64,000 nucleotides of DNA from a virus (IMGVR_UViG_2974703250_000001:1-64000); one strand, 5' to 3'. Positions 19,029 through 29,180 are shown, numbered from the stretch's first letter. Program-made: numbers and translations. Notes: generated from the letters alone by a model not told the origin.

Positions 19029-21665
19029 ATGACGATGCCGAATGGCTCCGGGGGATTGGACCCCGGAGCCTGGCTCGCCCATTGGGTTAATCAGGCTGAC
19101 CTTTCGTCGCTCGCTGGCCGTACCGAGACTGAGGTACGGGCGTACTTCGAGAACCTGGTTCAGGCCGACTCGGGTTGGGGCGATGCCTCTAACACGTTCT
19201 TCAACATGATCCTTGGCGGATTTCAGAACCTAAGCGAGTTCGTCACCCTCATTGTCCATGCGATCACCGGTACGCCGGGCGGGCTTACCGACTTGCAGGC
19301 GTTCCTAACTGAACGCTGGGGCGATCTAGCAGACGCGTTTGAGTCCGTGGCTAACCTTATCGACGCTATCGCGGGTGAGGTTGGGTCAAGCCTGGCGGAT
19401 GCTATCGCCAAGCTGGCTACGTTCCTTACGGAGCTGTCTCCGCTGAATGCCGGGATGCTGTTTGGCCTGATTGGCACGAACCACCTGCCGCTGTTGTCAG
19501 TCTCGCACATTGCGAATATCAACCCTGAGCTGCTTGTTAACGCCGGGTTCGACACGGACGTTTCGGTGGTCGATAACCCGTATTGGGATTGGGACGGCAC
19601 GGTGGGCCGGACGGCTCCGCTGGGGTCGGTGAAGGTGGTCGCTGACGGCACGATTAAGGACTTGCTGTCTGGGCCTGACGCTATCCCGGTTGTTGAGGGC
19701 CAGAAGCTCAATGTGTCGGCGTGGTTTAAGTACGCGGGACTAGTCGCGGGCGCGGGTAGTGGTGCTATCCGGTTGTCTGGCACTGCATATTCGGCTGACG
19801 GCGAGGTTGTGGCTTACCCGGACTTCGGGGGCGTTCCGGACGGGACAACGGGCACAGGCGATTGGGCGCAGATCACGGGTCAGTACGTGGTGCCAGCGGG
19901 TGTGACGCAGTTCAGGCTGCGGCTATCTGTGCGGGACAACGCGACCGCCGGAACGGTTTGGTTTGACGACTGTTCGGTTAAGAAGGCTGGCCTGCTTCCG
20001 CAGGGGCTCGTGGATGGTCTGACGCAGGCGCTTAATGACCTGCTTACGTGGTTGGAATCGCTAGTAGACAACGTTCTGGCGGCGCTCGGTCTCGATCCCA
20101 TCGGGACGATTGTGGACAAGATTCTGGACCTGGCCGACGAGTTCGGAGATTGGCTTGGGTCCACTGAGGACACGGCAGCGCACCTGACGAACCTTCTGTC
20201 CAACCTGCTGACCAATCCGGCTTCGGTGATTGGCCCGCTGGCGCAGTCGATGATTACGGGCCTTACGGGCGCGCTAGGGAACCTAAACACTGCTATCAAC
20301 CAGATCGGTGACGTTCTGGTCGGCACGGTGGTGACTCCGATTAACTCGGCAATCTCTAACGTGATCGACTGGTTTAACAGTCTGTTGAACTTTCAGGACA
20401 CCACGGCGGCTAACCAGGTCAACCAGCAGAACTTTCAGATTGCCACCTTGGCAAGTGGCATTAAGAAGCAGCAGTGGGAGTGTCGTTATAGCACTGCTTT
20501 CGTCACGTTCCCTGAGATGTTTTGCGACTGGGGTTTCGCGCTAGGTGGTGTTACCGGCGCACAGTCGACGGGCACCGCACATACGCACATGCTGAACACT
20601 GACGGTCTTGCTGCGCTGCAACTTTCGATTTTGCCTGCGGGCTACGCGGTTGGTGGGTACATCGGCATTTCGGACACGACCATCGTGGACACGCTTGCCA
20701 TGAAGATGTACAAGGAGACCAGCTCGGCAATCAACAATGTTTACCTTGAGGTTTTCCGTGAAGATCCGACTGGGGCTCTAACGGTGGTTGGTTCCGTTGA
20801 TGTATCGGGGCAGTTGACCACTACCAGTGACTATGTAGAAGCGGCTTTGCCTGCTGGCGTAATTGTTAATGCGGGTGAGCGGTATGTGGTTCGCATGCGG
20901 AACGCGTCGACTGTCGGTAACCGTGTCGGCATCTCGGTGATGAAGGAACTGGTTGGCGGGCGCGAACTTAGCATTCGCACGGAAACCGCTGCCGACTCAA
21001 ACAAGACCACTTATACGCCTTCGGAGGTTCTGGCCGCGCAGGGATTGTCGGTCATTATGCCGTGGGCGATGATGGCCGCTAAGAATCTCGCTACTACTGA
21101 CCAGTCGTTTTCGGATGACTTTAACCGCTCTGCGATGGGTGGTTTGTGGTTCCTTAAGTCGGATACCGGGACTAACCAAGTTGGTGTCTCTGGTGGTCGC
21201 GCGGCGTTTTCGGGCCTTACGGATGGAAACCAGAATGCGCTTTATATCCGGCCTACGGCGGGGGATAAGCAATGGGTTGAAGCCAATCTCTATGAGACTG
21301 GTATTGCGGCTAGTGGCGCACGCGAAGGTCTGCTCATGCACGCTAATCGTGACCTTAGTCAGGTTGTGTACCTAGGCGTCAATCTGAATAGCGCGAAAAT
21401 TTACACCGGTCCGTGGAACTCGTTGACTGAGCGTGCGTCTGTTAGCACTGCCGGTAATGACGTGCTGTGGCAGATGTATTTCGATCCTGCGACTGCGGCG
21501 TACACGGTGCTTAAGAACGGTCAGGCCAGCGGTCTTACGTGGACGGATAGCGGGTCAGTTGTTGCGCATGGACCGAACTACCGGTTCGGGGGTCTCCGTA
21601 TTTCGCGTAGCACGTTCTTTAACGCGGGTCGGGTTGACAACTGGACGTTGAAGGACTGGACATAA
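19029..21665 (+). CDS. Minor tail protein with carbohydrate-binding and lectin-like domains
   Basis: 878 aa; LLVNAGFD..GTVWFDDCSVKK CBM-like region; C-terminal FSDDFNRS..DNW. Confidence 0.78.
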   Translation: MTMPNGSGGLDPGAWLAHWVNQADLSSLAGRTETEVRAYFENLVQADSGWGDASNTFFNMILGGFQNLSEFVTLIVHAITGTPGGLTDLQAFLTERWGDLADAFESVANLIDAIAGEVGSSLADAIAKLATFLTELSPLNAGMLFGLIGTNHLPLLSVSHIANINPELLVNAGFDTDVSVVDNPYWDWDGTVGRTAPLGSVKVVADGTIKDLLSGPDAIPVVEGQKLNVSAWFKYAGLVAGAGSGAIRLSGTAYSADGEVVAYPDFGGVPDGTTGTGDWAQITGQYVVPAGVTQFRLRLSVRDNATAGTVWFDDCSVKKAGLLPQGLVDGLTQALNDLLTWLESLVDNVLAALGLDPIGTIVDKILDLADEFGDWLGSTEDTAAHLTNLLSNLLTNPASVIGPLAQSMITGLTGALGNLNTAINQIGDVLVGTVVTPINSAISNVIDWFNSLLNFQDTTAANQVNQQNFQIATLASGIKKQQWECRYSTAFVTFPEMFCDWGFALGGVTGAQSTGTAHTHMLNTDGLAALQLSILPAGYAVGGYIGISDTTIVDTLAMKMYKETSSAINNVYLEVFREDPTGALTVVGSVDVSGQLTTTSDYVEAALPAGVIVNAGERYVVRMRNASTVGNRVGISVMKELVGGRELSIRTETAADSNKTTYTPSEVLAAQGLSVIMPWAMMAAKNLATTDQSFSDDFNRSAMGGLWFLKSDTGTNQVGVSGGRAAFSGLTDGNQNALYIRPTAGDKQWVEANLYETGIAASGAREGLLMHANRDLSQVVYLGVNLNSAKIYTGPWNSLTERASVSTAGNDVLWQMYFDPATAAYTVLKNGQASGLTWTDSGSVVAHGPNYRFGGLRISRSTFFNAGRVDNWTLKDWT

Positions 21666-21678
21666 AAGAGGGGGTTGT

Positions 21679-22761
21679 ATGTCATGGGGAGTATCCCCGC
21701 CAACCCTTATCGTCGCTCCCGTTAAAGGGTGGCTTACTGATCCTGTTAACACTCCGGCGGCTCCGGTTGCCGGTTGGTGGATTCAGTACAGCGCGTTAGC
21801 TGCCGCGATCATTACGATTATCGGCACGGCGGAAGCTACTGCCGTTGCGCAGGCTATCGCCACGCTTGGAATCACGAGCAGTGGCGACACCGAGCAGTTC
21901 CATTTTGTTGAGGCTAGCGCGCTTATCAACTTGGTTGCTTCGGCTTCCACGGTCGCTGTCGTTGATGGCGTGCCGGGCTTGGTGGGCCTTACGGCTAGTG
22001 CCGGTGCGGTGCCGTCGTTGGCGGCGGATATTTCGTTCGCGTTGTCGACGGCAGCGGCCCAAGCGGTCGCTGTTGTCGACGCCTACGCGGCGCTGGTGGT
22101 GAATCCAAGCGGTACGGCGCTGGCGATTGCTGATGCAGTTGCCACGCTGAATGTGCTCGCGTCTGGAACGGCAGAGTTCCCGGCTAACGGGCCTACGTCT
22201 ACGACGTACTCGGCTGTCGGCGCGTTCGCTTACCCGATTCCGTGGTGGAGCCGGTATGTCGACGAGGTTCTGTTGAGCGCTGGCGGCGGCGGGTCCGGTG
22301 GCGGCGTGGTGATTGGTGGCGCTGGCGGGCAGGGCGGCGAATGGCGCTGGCGGACTCTAGAGCGGGGTGTGGATATCCCGTGGGCGCAGACAGTCATTAA
22401 CGGCTCCGTGGGCACTGGTGGTGTGCGTGGGGCTGGTGGCCCGTCTCCTGGCAATGGTTCGGCTGGCGGCGACACGGTAGGTACTCAGACCGCGCCGGGC
22501 GGGGCCGGAGGCGGTAGCTGGGGTGCTGGCGGCATGAATGGTGGGCCAGCTCGTAACGGCAACGCTACTTCTGGCCGTGACGTGACGTTAAACGGCATCA
22601 CCTACGTCGGTGGTGCGCAGGCATCGGTCAACGCTTCTGGCGTCGGACCGAACGGTAACCCTCCGGGTGGTGGCGCGTCGGGCGGTGGCGTCTTTTTTGG
22701 TATCGGGCAGAACGGTGGTACTGGCGCTAACGGTCAAGCGTGGTATCGGGCTTATCAATAA
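21679..22761 (+). CDS. Glycine-rich minor tail protein
   Basis: Ala-rich N-terminal half, GGGGSGGG-rich C-terminal domain. Confidence 0.72.
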   Translation: MSWGVSPPTLIVAPVKGWLTDPVNTPAAPVAGWWIQYSALAAAIITIIGTAEATAVAQAIATLGITSSGDTEQFHFVEASALINLVASASTVAVVDGVPGLVGLTASAGAVPSLAADISFALSTAAAQAVAVVDAYAALVVNPSGTALAIADAVATLNVLASGTAEFPANGPTSTTYSAVGAFAYPIPWWSRYVDEVLLSAGGGGSGGGVVIGGAGGQGGEWRWRTLERGVDIPWAQTVINGSVGTGGVRGAGGPSPGNGSAGGDTVGTQTAPGGAGGGSWGAGGMNGGPARNGNATSGRDVTLNGITYVGGAQASVNASGVGPNGNPPGGGASGGGVFFGIGQNGGTGANGQAWYRAYQ

Positions 22762-22781
22762 TCGAATAGGGAAAACTGAAT

Positions 22782-23123
22782 ATGGCTTTTACTACAGGCG
22801 CGAAGAACGACGCCGTTAATGCCACGGTCACTGGTTATACCTGGATCAGCCTGCATACGGGTGATCCAGGTACAACCGGCGCTAACGAGGCCAGTGGTGG
22901 CTCTTATGCGCGAAAGCAAACGACGTGGCCTACGTCTACGGTTGGCGTTTCGCTGGGCTCTAAGGTGTCATTTACCAACCTGATCGCCGCTGGTTACACA
23001 CATTACGGCGTGTGGTCTGCGGCTAGCGGTGGAACGTTCCGGTTTGGGAACCCGCTGTCTCCCGGCGTGACGCTTAACGGTCCGGGTGGTATCGACGTGA
23101 CTCCGAAGTGTGAGTTTCCGTAA
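22782..23123 (+). CDS. Minor tail protein
   Basis: WISLHTGDPGTTGANEASGGSYAR motif common in actinophage tail proteins. Confidence 0.7.
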   Translation: MAFTTGAKNDAVNATVTGYTWISLHTGDPGTTGANEASGGSYARKQTTWPTSTVGVSLGSKVSFTNLIAAGYTHYGVWSAASGGTFRFGNPLSPGVTLNGPGGIDVTPKCEFP

Positions 23124-24058
23124 TGCTTAGCGTCGGACCGATTATGGAGACGCTGACCCTAACGGTGGGCAGCGCATTTGAGATTCCGGGGTGGAAGCTC
23201 CGGGGTGAGTATCCGGCGGGAACTACGTCGCATCTGGTATTTACTGATGCGGCGGGCGGGACGCTGGGCGAGTTTGAGGGCACGGTCAGCGCTAAGGAAA
23301 TTCACTACCTGCAAGCGCCGGACGATGTTAAGGACATTCCGCATGGGGCGAACTTTCAACTGTTCGTGACCTATCCGTCTATGCAGCCTCAGTGCTTGTA
23401 TTACGGGACGGCGATCCGTAAGGAACCTAGGTATCCGCTTAGCACGGTGGTTAGTCCTGAGGACTCGGCTGTGCAGTACAAGGCGAACTTTATTGGTGAG
23501 TACATCGGGCCTATGTGGAAGCCGATGGGTAACGGCTGGGGCTCGCTTGGTATTCACACGCACGCGTTGATTTCGGAAGTCCCGTCTATGGGTCCGAATT
23601 ACTCGCTGTTCTCGTCTGCGGCTGCGCGTTGGCTTTGGTCAATGAACATGGATTCGGTAACCATCGTGGTCCGGGTTCTTAACGTCGGCGCGGGCAAGTT
23701 CAACGTGATCGTTTGCGCCGATTATCAGATGCAAACCTATCTCGGCATTCAGTTCGAGACGGGCATTAGTAACAACAAGGTTCATGTCATCACTGGTGAT
23801 GGCCCGCTGGACTGGGATTACCAGGGCGCAGCGGTAGATAACACCACGGCTAACGGCGACGTTTACACGATCAAGTACAACGATCTGCTGGACACGATTT
23901 CGTGTTACAAGGGCACTTCGTTGACGCCACTCATTGAGGCTTCGGGGCTAGATGTTCCGCACGGTGAGGGCTTCCGCTATACGGGCTTGGCATGGAATAC
24001 CGCGCTGCTTTCTCCGGGTGTTGAACCTACGGCTTGGGAAGCTAAGGACGGTGTTTAG
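23123..24058 (+). CDS. Minor tail protein
   Basis: Synteny; beta-rich 311 aa protein at the end of the tail module. Confidence 0.6.
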   Translation: MLSVGPIMETLTLTVGSAFEIPGWKLRGEYPAGTTSHLVFTDAAGGTLGEFEGTVSAKEIHYLQAPDDVKDIPHGANFQLFVTYPSMQPQCLYYGTAIRKEPRYPLSTVVSPEDSAVQYKANFIGEYIGPMWKPMGNGWGSLGIHTHALISEVPSMGPNYSLFSSAAARWLWSMNMDSVTIVVRVLNVGAGKFNVIVCADYQMQTYLGIQFETGISNNKVHVITGDGPLDWDYQGAAVDNTTANGDVYTIKYNDLLDTISCYKGTSLTPLIEASGLDVPHGEGFRYTGLAWNTALLSPGVEPTAWEAKDGV

Positions 24059-24294
24059 TGGGATTCATTGAGTCTCTAATTGAGAAGATCGCGGTTGAGG
24101 TTGCTAAGCAAGTGGCCGCTAAGTTGGCGGATGAACTTGGCGACCTAGCGGGGGATATCTCTAAGCAAGTTGTCGATGAGGTCGGCGAAGTAGCAGGCGA
24201 GATTTCTAAGTCGGTTATCTCGGAGATTTCCGATTCGGTGCAGGGCATTGCGGGTCAACTGATTAAGGCCGTCACTGGCGGCTTCTTTAAGTAG
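24058..24294 (+). CDS. Small amphipathic helical protein preceding lysin A
   Basis: 78 aa with ~11-residue imperfect repeats. Confidence 0.55.
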   Translation: MGFIESLIEKIAVEVAKQVAAKLADELGDLAGDISKQVVDEVGEVAGEISKSVISEISDSVQGIAGQLIKAVTGGFFK

Positions 24295-24299
24295 GCCGC

Positions 24300-25472
24300 A
24301 TGGCTCCATTGGGACAGTTAACGGTTAATTCCAGTCCTGATGACGTAGCGGAAGCGATTATCAAGGAAACGATTGCGCGCGGGTACACGCGCGATGAGTC
24401 GATTGCTTGCGATTCGACGCTTAGGCAGGAATCCGGGCTGCGAATGGTCTGGGACTCAAGTAAGCGCTGGTTCGGCTACGCACAGCAGGACGCTAGTTAT
24501 TCAGACCGGATGGACCCGAATGGGAACCTCCGGGGGTTCTTGAATCGGTTGGACGTTAAGCGCAAGAGCGCGGGGGCGTCACCGGATATCTGGAAGAACA
24601 TCTTTTGGCTACAGCAGCGTCCGGGAGAACCGACTGCTGACATCGCTTACGCGAATGGACGCAAGGCGTATTTGACGGAGATTAAGCAGCACGTTGCGCA
24701 AGCGACTGCTGACTATGAGAAGTATTCGGGGGGTGGTGTTGTCGTGCCAGATAATCGGCCCGACTTCAACGAGTATTCGATTTGGAGTCCGAACTATTCA
24801 TCGCGCGGTGGTGTTAAGCCGACGATGTTCCTTTTGCATACGCAGGAGGGTGATGGTAACGCGGACTCGCTGGCGAAGTATTTCACTTCCGCTAGTCAGG
24901 TTAGTTATCACTACACGATCAGTAAGGGCGCTAACGACGACGGCGTGACGGTCGTGGATTGCGTGGACACGGATTACGGGTCGTGGTCGGTTGGTAACGC
25001 CAACTCGGTTTCGATCAATCTGTGCTTCGCGGGCTCTAAGGCGAGCTGGTCGCGTGAGCAGTGGCTTGTTAAGGCTGGCCGCGCTATCGACGTGGCCGCG
25101 TATCTGGCGGTCCAGGACGCTAAGAAGTACGGCTTCTCGACGCTGGTTGTGCCGCCGCCGTACACGAACGGCAAGCCGGGAATCAGCGACCACCAGTGGG
25201 TCACGAAGGTGTTCGGCTGGGGGACGCACACGGACGTGGGTCCGAACTTCCCTTGGGACGCCCTGACGGCCTCTGTGGCGAAGTATTTGGGCGCTGCGGT
25301 ACCGGAGACCCCGGCGGGCTTCACGTACCCGTCTACGGACGTGATGATCCGCGAGATTTGGGAGCAGCTACGCGGGCCGCAGGGCAAGGGCTGGCCTCAG
25401 CTCGGGCAGAACGCCAACGGGCAGAACCTATCGCTGGTCGACGCTATCGCGGAGCTTAAGGCGGCGGCCTAA
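24300..25472 (+). CDS. lysA: Lysin A (transglycosylase-like N-domain, Ami_2 amidase, WPQLG cell-binding domain)
   Basis: RQESG..GYAQQ; LLHTQEG..SYHY..HTDVGPNFPW amidase residues; C-terminal GWPQLGQN. Confidence 0.9.
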   Translation: MAPLGQLTVNSSPDDVAEAIIKETIARGYTRDESIACDSTLRQESGLRMVWDSSKRWFGYAQQDASYSDRMDPNGNLRGFLNRLDVKRKSAGASPDIWKNIFWLQQRPGEPTADIAYANGRKAYLTEIKQHVAQATADYEKYSGGGVVVPDNRPDFNEYSIWSPNYSSRGGVKPTMFLLHTQEGDGNADSLAKYFTSASQVSYHYTISKGANDDGVTVVDCVDTDYGSWSVGNANSVSINLCFAGSKASWSREQWLVKAGRAIDVAAYLAVQDAKKYGFSTLVVPPPYTNGKPGISDHQWVTKVFGWGTHTDVGPNFPWDALTASVAKYLGAAVPETPAGFTYPSTDVMIREIWEQLRGPQGKGWPQLGQNANGQNLSLVDAIAELKAAA

Positions 25473-26494
25473 TGGCTGCCGGGCCGGACGGCAAGTGGAT
25501 TGGCTACGGGCTGGGGGACTCTGGTCTCCCAGTCCTTAACGCCATCCAGAAGCTAAAGGCGAAGTTCTCTTACGCGAAGCAGTTGGTGGAGACCACGCTC
25601 TACACCGACGAGCTAGTGCCGGTGCTCGTGGAGTATCAGCTCCGGAAGAACGTTGAGTTCTGGGCTGCCGGTAAGAAGCTGTTGCGGACGGACGGGATTC
25701 TCGACTACGCCACGCAGGTAGCGCTAGGGGTGGTCGCTCCGGCTCCGTTGGTCAAGCCGCTGTTGTTCACGGTTCACGGCACGGGGCAGCCGGTGTCAGA
25801 TGGGCCGGGCCTGCCTGCTGACACTGCACGCGCGGTGCTCGACAAGTGGGACTGGCAGCCTATCGGTAACTATCCGGCGAATCCGTTCCCCATGTGGCCG
25901 TCGATTCAGGATGGGGTTGAGGAACTTAGGGTCCAGATTCGTAAGGCGCTGGCCGCTAACCCGAACCGCAAGCTCGGTCTGGCGGGGTACTCGCAGGGTG
26001 CCATCGTGGTCTGCCTGGTGTTTAAGTACGACTTCCAGGCTGAGGACGGCGAGTTCCACCAGGCGTATAAGAACGGGCAGCTTATCGCGGGCGTTACGTG
26101 GGGTAACCCGATGCGTGAGCGCGGCGTTCAGCACGCGGATAACTGGAAGGAAATTGCGCCCGCTGACACGTGCGGAATCCTTGACGACCTTATGGTCGAT
26201 ACCCCGTCGTTCTGGCGTGAGTATGCCCATAAGAAGGACATGTACGCGGCGTGCGAGTTGAACCAGAACGGCGATAACAAGCGCGCTATCTGCAAGATCG
26301 TTATGTGGCATGACGTGCTTAAGGGGCAGAACAGCATTATTGCGCAGATCGCGGAGCTTCTACAGAAGCCGGTCCTGTATGTCATTCCGTTGTTCCAGTC
26401 GCTTATCGACGCGGGCATGTTCTTCGCGGCTGGGCTTAACTCGCCTCACGCTTACGCGATTGGCCCGGCCATTGATTATCTAAGGAGTATTTAG
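25472..26494 (+). CDS. lysB: Lysin B (cutinase-like mycolylarabinogalactan esterase)
   Basis: FTVHGTG, GYSQG nucleophile elbow, WGNPMR, DMYA. Confidence 0.9.
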   Translation: MAAGPDGKWIGYGLGDSGLPVLNAIQKLKAKFSYAKQLVETTLYTDELVPVLVEYQLRKNVEFWAAGKKLLRTDGILDYATQVALGVVAPAPLVKPLLFTVHGTGQPVSDGPGLPADTARAVLDKWDWQPIGNYPANPFPMWPSIQDGVEELRVQIRKALAANPNRKLGLAGYSQGAIVVCLVFKYDFQAEDGEFHQAYKNGQLIAGVTWGNPMRERGVQHADNWKEIAPADTCGILDDLMVDTPSFWREYAHKKDMYAACELNQNGDNKRAICKIVMWHDVLKGQNSIIAQIAELLQKPVLYVIPLFQSLIDAGMFFAAGLNSPHAYAIGPAIDYLRSI

Positions 26495-26944
26495 TTGTTG
26501 GTATATGACGAACAGTTGCCAGTTCTGGACGACTCATTCGAGGGGTCCGAGGTAGCTATTTTGGCGGTGCGCGGCGGCAAGGTCGATAAGAACTTCCGCC
26601 GCAATTACGCATGGGCGAAGCACGCGGTTGACCGGGGCGCGGTCCGCAAGGTTGTTGTCGTCGTGGGGCTGGGCCGGGAATCTTGGGTGCATACCGTTGG
26701 CGCGGTCACTTCGGCACTTTCCGGCGGCAAGCTGCACCAGGGCGCGCGGTTCAAGGTTGATTCGGAGATTAGCGATATCGGCGGGGAGAAGCTGACTCAG
26801 GTTCTCGCTGCACTGAAAGAGCTTGAGGGGCCTAAGAACGTATTTGTGCTTAGTGATCCGAAGGCGCTTGCAACGGTGCAGCAGAAAGCAGCCGCTCCGG
26901 CCAAGGCCAGTGCTCCCGCTAAGGATGTTAAGGACGGTGAGTAA
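26495..26944 (+). CDS. Truncated GH25 muramidase-like protein
   Basis: DKNFRRNYAWAKHAVDRG and GGKLHQGARFKVDSE resemble mycobacterial GH25 domains (recalled, not searched). Confidence 0.45.
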   Translation: MLVYDEQLPVLDDSFEGSEVAILAVRGGKVDKNFRRNYAWAKHAVDRGAVRKVVVVVGLGRESWVHTVGAVTSALSGGKLHQGARFKVDSEISDIGGEKLTQVLAALKELEGPKNVFVLSDPKALATVQQKAAAPAKASAPAKDVKDGE

Positions 26945-27258
26945 TGAAGATTTTCGGGCACAAGCCCAGCGAGATTCGCAAGGCCCTGATGGGGTTTGCG
27001 TCGGCGCTACTGGTGCTGCTCATCGCGCTGCCGGTGGCCGGGCTGCCGGTGGCCGTATCTGCTGCGGTGGCAGGCGTGGTGTCGTTTCTTGTGGGCGTGA
27101 GTGTGTACCTGTCAAAGCCGAACGTAGCTGCCGTTATTGATGCTGCGGACAATCTGCCGGGGGACTACCCCGACGATCTGGAAGCGCAGTTCGCGCCGCT
27201 TGTGGGCTGGCTAAAGAGCCTTCTGGGTCGCGTCGTCGGCCTAGTTAAGAAGCAGTAA
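26944..27258 (+). CDS. Holin
   Basis: Two transmembrane helices, in the lysis cassette. Confidence 0.72.
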   Translation: MKIFGHKPSEIRKALMGFASALLVLLIALPVAGLPVAVSAAVAGVVSFLVGVSVYLSKPNVAAVIDAADNLPGDYPDDLEAQFAPLVGWLKSLLGRVVGLVKKQ

Positions 27259-27264
27259 GCGCGT

Positions 27265-27684
27265 ATGGAAGCGGAGATTGTGAAGCTGATGACCGAGCAG
27301 TGGCCCGGTTGGGTAATGCTAGTCATCGCTGGTCTGTGCGCGCTTTATCTGGCGGTCCGCTTCCTGTCGTTAACTTTTGAGTCGGTGAGTAGGGCGCTGG
27401 GGCCGATTGGTAATTACTTTCGGCGTCGGCGCGCTATTACACATGCTGAGGCAGACGACATGCGGGAACGTATCGAATACCTGAATGGTCGGGTGGAACA
27501 GATGCTTTACCGCGATCAGTGTTATTTCGCGTACGTGTTAGCGGATACGGAGTGGCATCGTAGGCATGAGCTAAAGGCAGCGGCGTTGGGTTGGGCGTTT
27601 GAACCGCACGTCTCATTCCTTGAGTTCCGCGACCGGTGGATGCGCGAGCGTGGACTAGATAAGGATTTGGACATTTGGAAGTAA
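27265..27684 (+). CDS. Membrane protein of the lysis cassette
   Basis: N-terminal TM helix followed by a coiled segment. Confidence 0.55.
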   Translation: MEAEIVKLMTEQWPGWVMLVIAGLCALYLAVRFLSLTFESVSRALGPIGNYFRRRRAITHAEADDMRERIEYLNGRVEQMLYRDQCYFAYVLADTEWHRRHELKAAALGWAFEPHVSFLEFRDRWMRERGLDKDLDIWK

Positions 27685-27938
27685 CGGTTTACTCACCTTC
27701 GGCACCTTGTACCGGTTGCATGGCTACTAAGCTAGCGCTAAAGAAAGCGGGCATTCCGTTTCAGCCGGTAATCGCCAGCGAAGAACAGATCGAAAGGTTT
27801 AAGGCGGATGGTCATTCCGCGTTCCCGGTTGTTGTGGTCGATTGCGGCGACGGCGCTACATGGACGTGGAGTGGTTATCGACACGACGACATTAATCGAC
27901 TAAAGGAACTGCGGCAGGATAAGCCACTTGCGGCTTAA
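27675..27938 (+). CDS. nrdH: NrdH-like glutaredoxin
   Basis: VTVYS..CTGC..TKLAL..FPVVVV..WSGYR. Confidence 0.8.
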   Translation: MEVTVYSPSAPCTGCMATKLALKKAGIPFQPVIASEEQIERFKADGHSAFPVVVVDCGDGATWTWSGYRHDDINRLKELRQDKPLAA

Positions 27939-27945
27939 ATAGACT

Positions 27946-28001
27946 ACGGGCACTCGCGCTCCCCTCTTTCCCCTGGGGTTGAGCGCGGGTGCCCGTTTTT
28001 T
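27946..28001 (+). terminator. Intrinsic terminator at the end of the late operon (convergent junction)
   Basis: 16-bp stem ACGGGCACTCGCGCTC / GAGCGCGGGTGCCCGT followed by TTTTTT. Confidence 0.8.
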
Positions 28002-28125
28002 GACGTTTAGGTTAGTTTGCCGATGCTAGGGGAGAGGACCGCTTAGTGTCGGCCAACCGATCCCCTCCTAAGGATACGGTACCGACGATTCGCTAAGTGT
28101 CAAACCGCCATCGCATGTACCCTGG

Positions 28126-28446
28126 CTACGCGGGGACGGGTTTACGGCCTCTAACGACTGCTGCGCCGATGATGGTCAGCACCCCGACGCCCACAAGCCC
28201 GTAGAACACGAACCGGTACGGCGCTAGCTTCTCGATGCACTGCCCGGCCAGGCTCTCGCTGTAGGCCCCGTACCGCATCCGGTTCTGAATGTCGCGGTTA
28301 GCGACTTCATCGCTCACCGGGTGGACATAGTTGCCGCACTGGACGCTGCCGTAGTTGGTCGACACGGACGGGCTGTACTGGCTCACGTACAGGCCCGCCG
28401 CGACGAGGATCACACCGACGATGCCGACGAACCATCTAGGACTCAT
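28126..28446 (-). CDS. Membrane protein with a two-Cys extracytoplasmic loop
   Basis: ATG28446 with ATGA overlap to the upstream gene; two TM helices flanking VQCG...GQC. Confidence 0.6.
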   Translation of the reverse strand: MSPRWFVGIVGVILVAAGLYVSQYSPSVSTNYGSVQCGNYVHPVSDEVANRDIQNRMRYGAYSESLAGQCIEKLAPYRFVFYGLVGVGVLTIIGAAVVRGRKPVPA

Positions 28447-29180
28447 GCGGCGCATCCTAACTTCCGCCAAGCCTCCTGGTGGGTCTGAATTAGCCAGCGG
28501 TTGATCTTGGCGTAGTCCGGGTGGTCCGGCAGGCACGTGGTGGCCTCTGCCGCTTGGATCAACCCGCGCCAGTCCGCGATGTCCTCTAGAGCCTGTTCCT
28601 TGGGCACCTGGCCGTTGCGGACGCTCAGCAGGTAGTCGCGGCGCAGCTCGTGCATGGGCATCTCCATGTACCCGGTGGTCAGCATTTCGTGGCCCTGCAT
28701 GAGCAGCCGGATAGCGTGGAACGCTGCCTTGGTGTCGTAGCCATGCTTGGCGATTAGCTCGGGCCGGTTGGTCCGGGGAGCCTTCTGGCCGGTGAGCCGG
28801 GCTGACATGTTGTCGGCGTAACCGATATGCCGGGCGACCAGCCGCTTAGATAGGAACATGTACCGGTTAGCTTGCAAACCGATGTGATCCGGCACGGTGA
28901 GGTTTGGCGTGTACAGCAACGTCAAAACGGTGGGGTTGCCCTGCGCGGCCAGCTTTGCGTATTTACGCAACCCGTAATAAGTGGTCTCGCTGTCGCCCGC
29001 CTCAGACTTGACACCTTCGGGCTTGTCCCGGTCGCGCACCGCGCCTGTCTCAGCCGCGAGGCCGATTAGCGATTCTGGCGGGTCGAGGTAGATGCCGATG
29101 TAGTCGTGGTCTGAGTCTTCGTTGTGCAAGCCGTGGGCAACCGATCCGATTTCACCCACTATCACTGGATTAATCTCCAT
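28443..29180 (-). CDS. Pol-beta superfamily nucleotidyltransferase (RlaP/PF10127-like)
   Basis: GSVAHGL..DSDHDYIG (GS..DxD), YGLRKY..GNPT, YDTKAAFHAIRL. Confidence 0.8.
   Translation of the reverse strand: MEINPVIVGEIGSVAHGLHNEDSDHDYIGIYLDPPESLIGLAAETGAVRDRDKPEGVKSEAGDSETTYYGLRKYAKLAAQGNPTVLTLLYTPNLTVPDHIGLQANRYMFLSKRLVARHIGYADNMSARLTGQKAPRTNRPELIAKHGYDTKAAFHAIRLLMQGHEMLTTGYMEMPMHELRRDYLLSVRNGQVPKEQALEDIADWRGLIQAAEATTCLPDHPDYAKINRWLIQTHQEAWRKLGCAA

Noticed and set aside
28443-29180. MenT/AbiEii-type toxin call for the nucleotidyltransferase
   Set aside because: The motifs fit the RlaP/PF10127 type better, and no cognate antitoxin is adjacent
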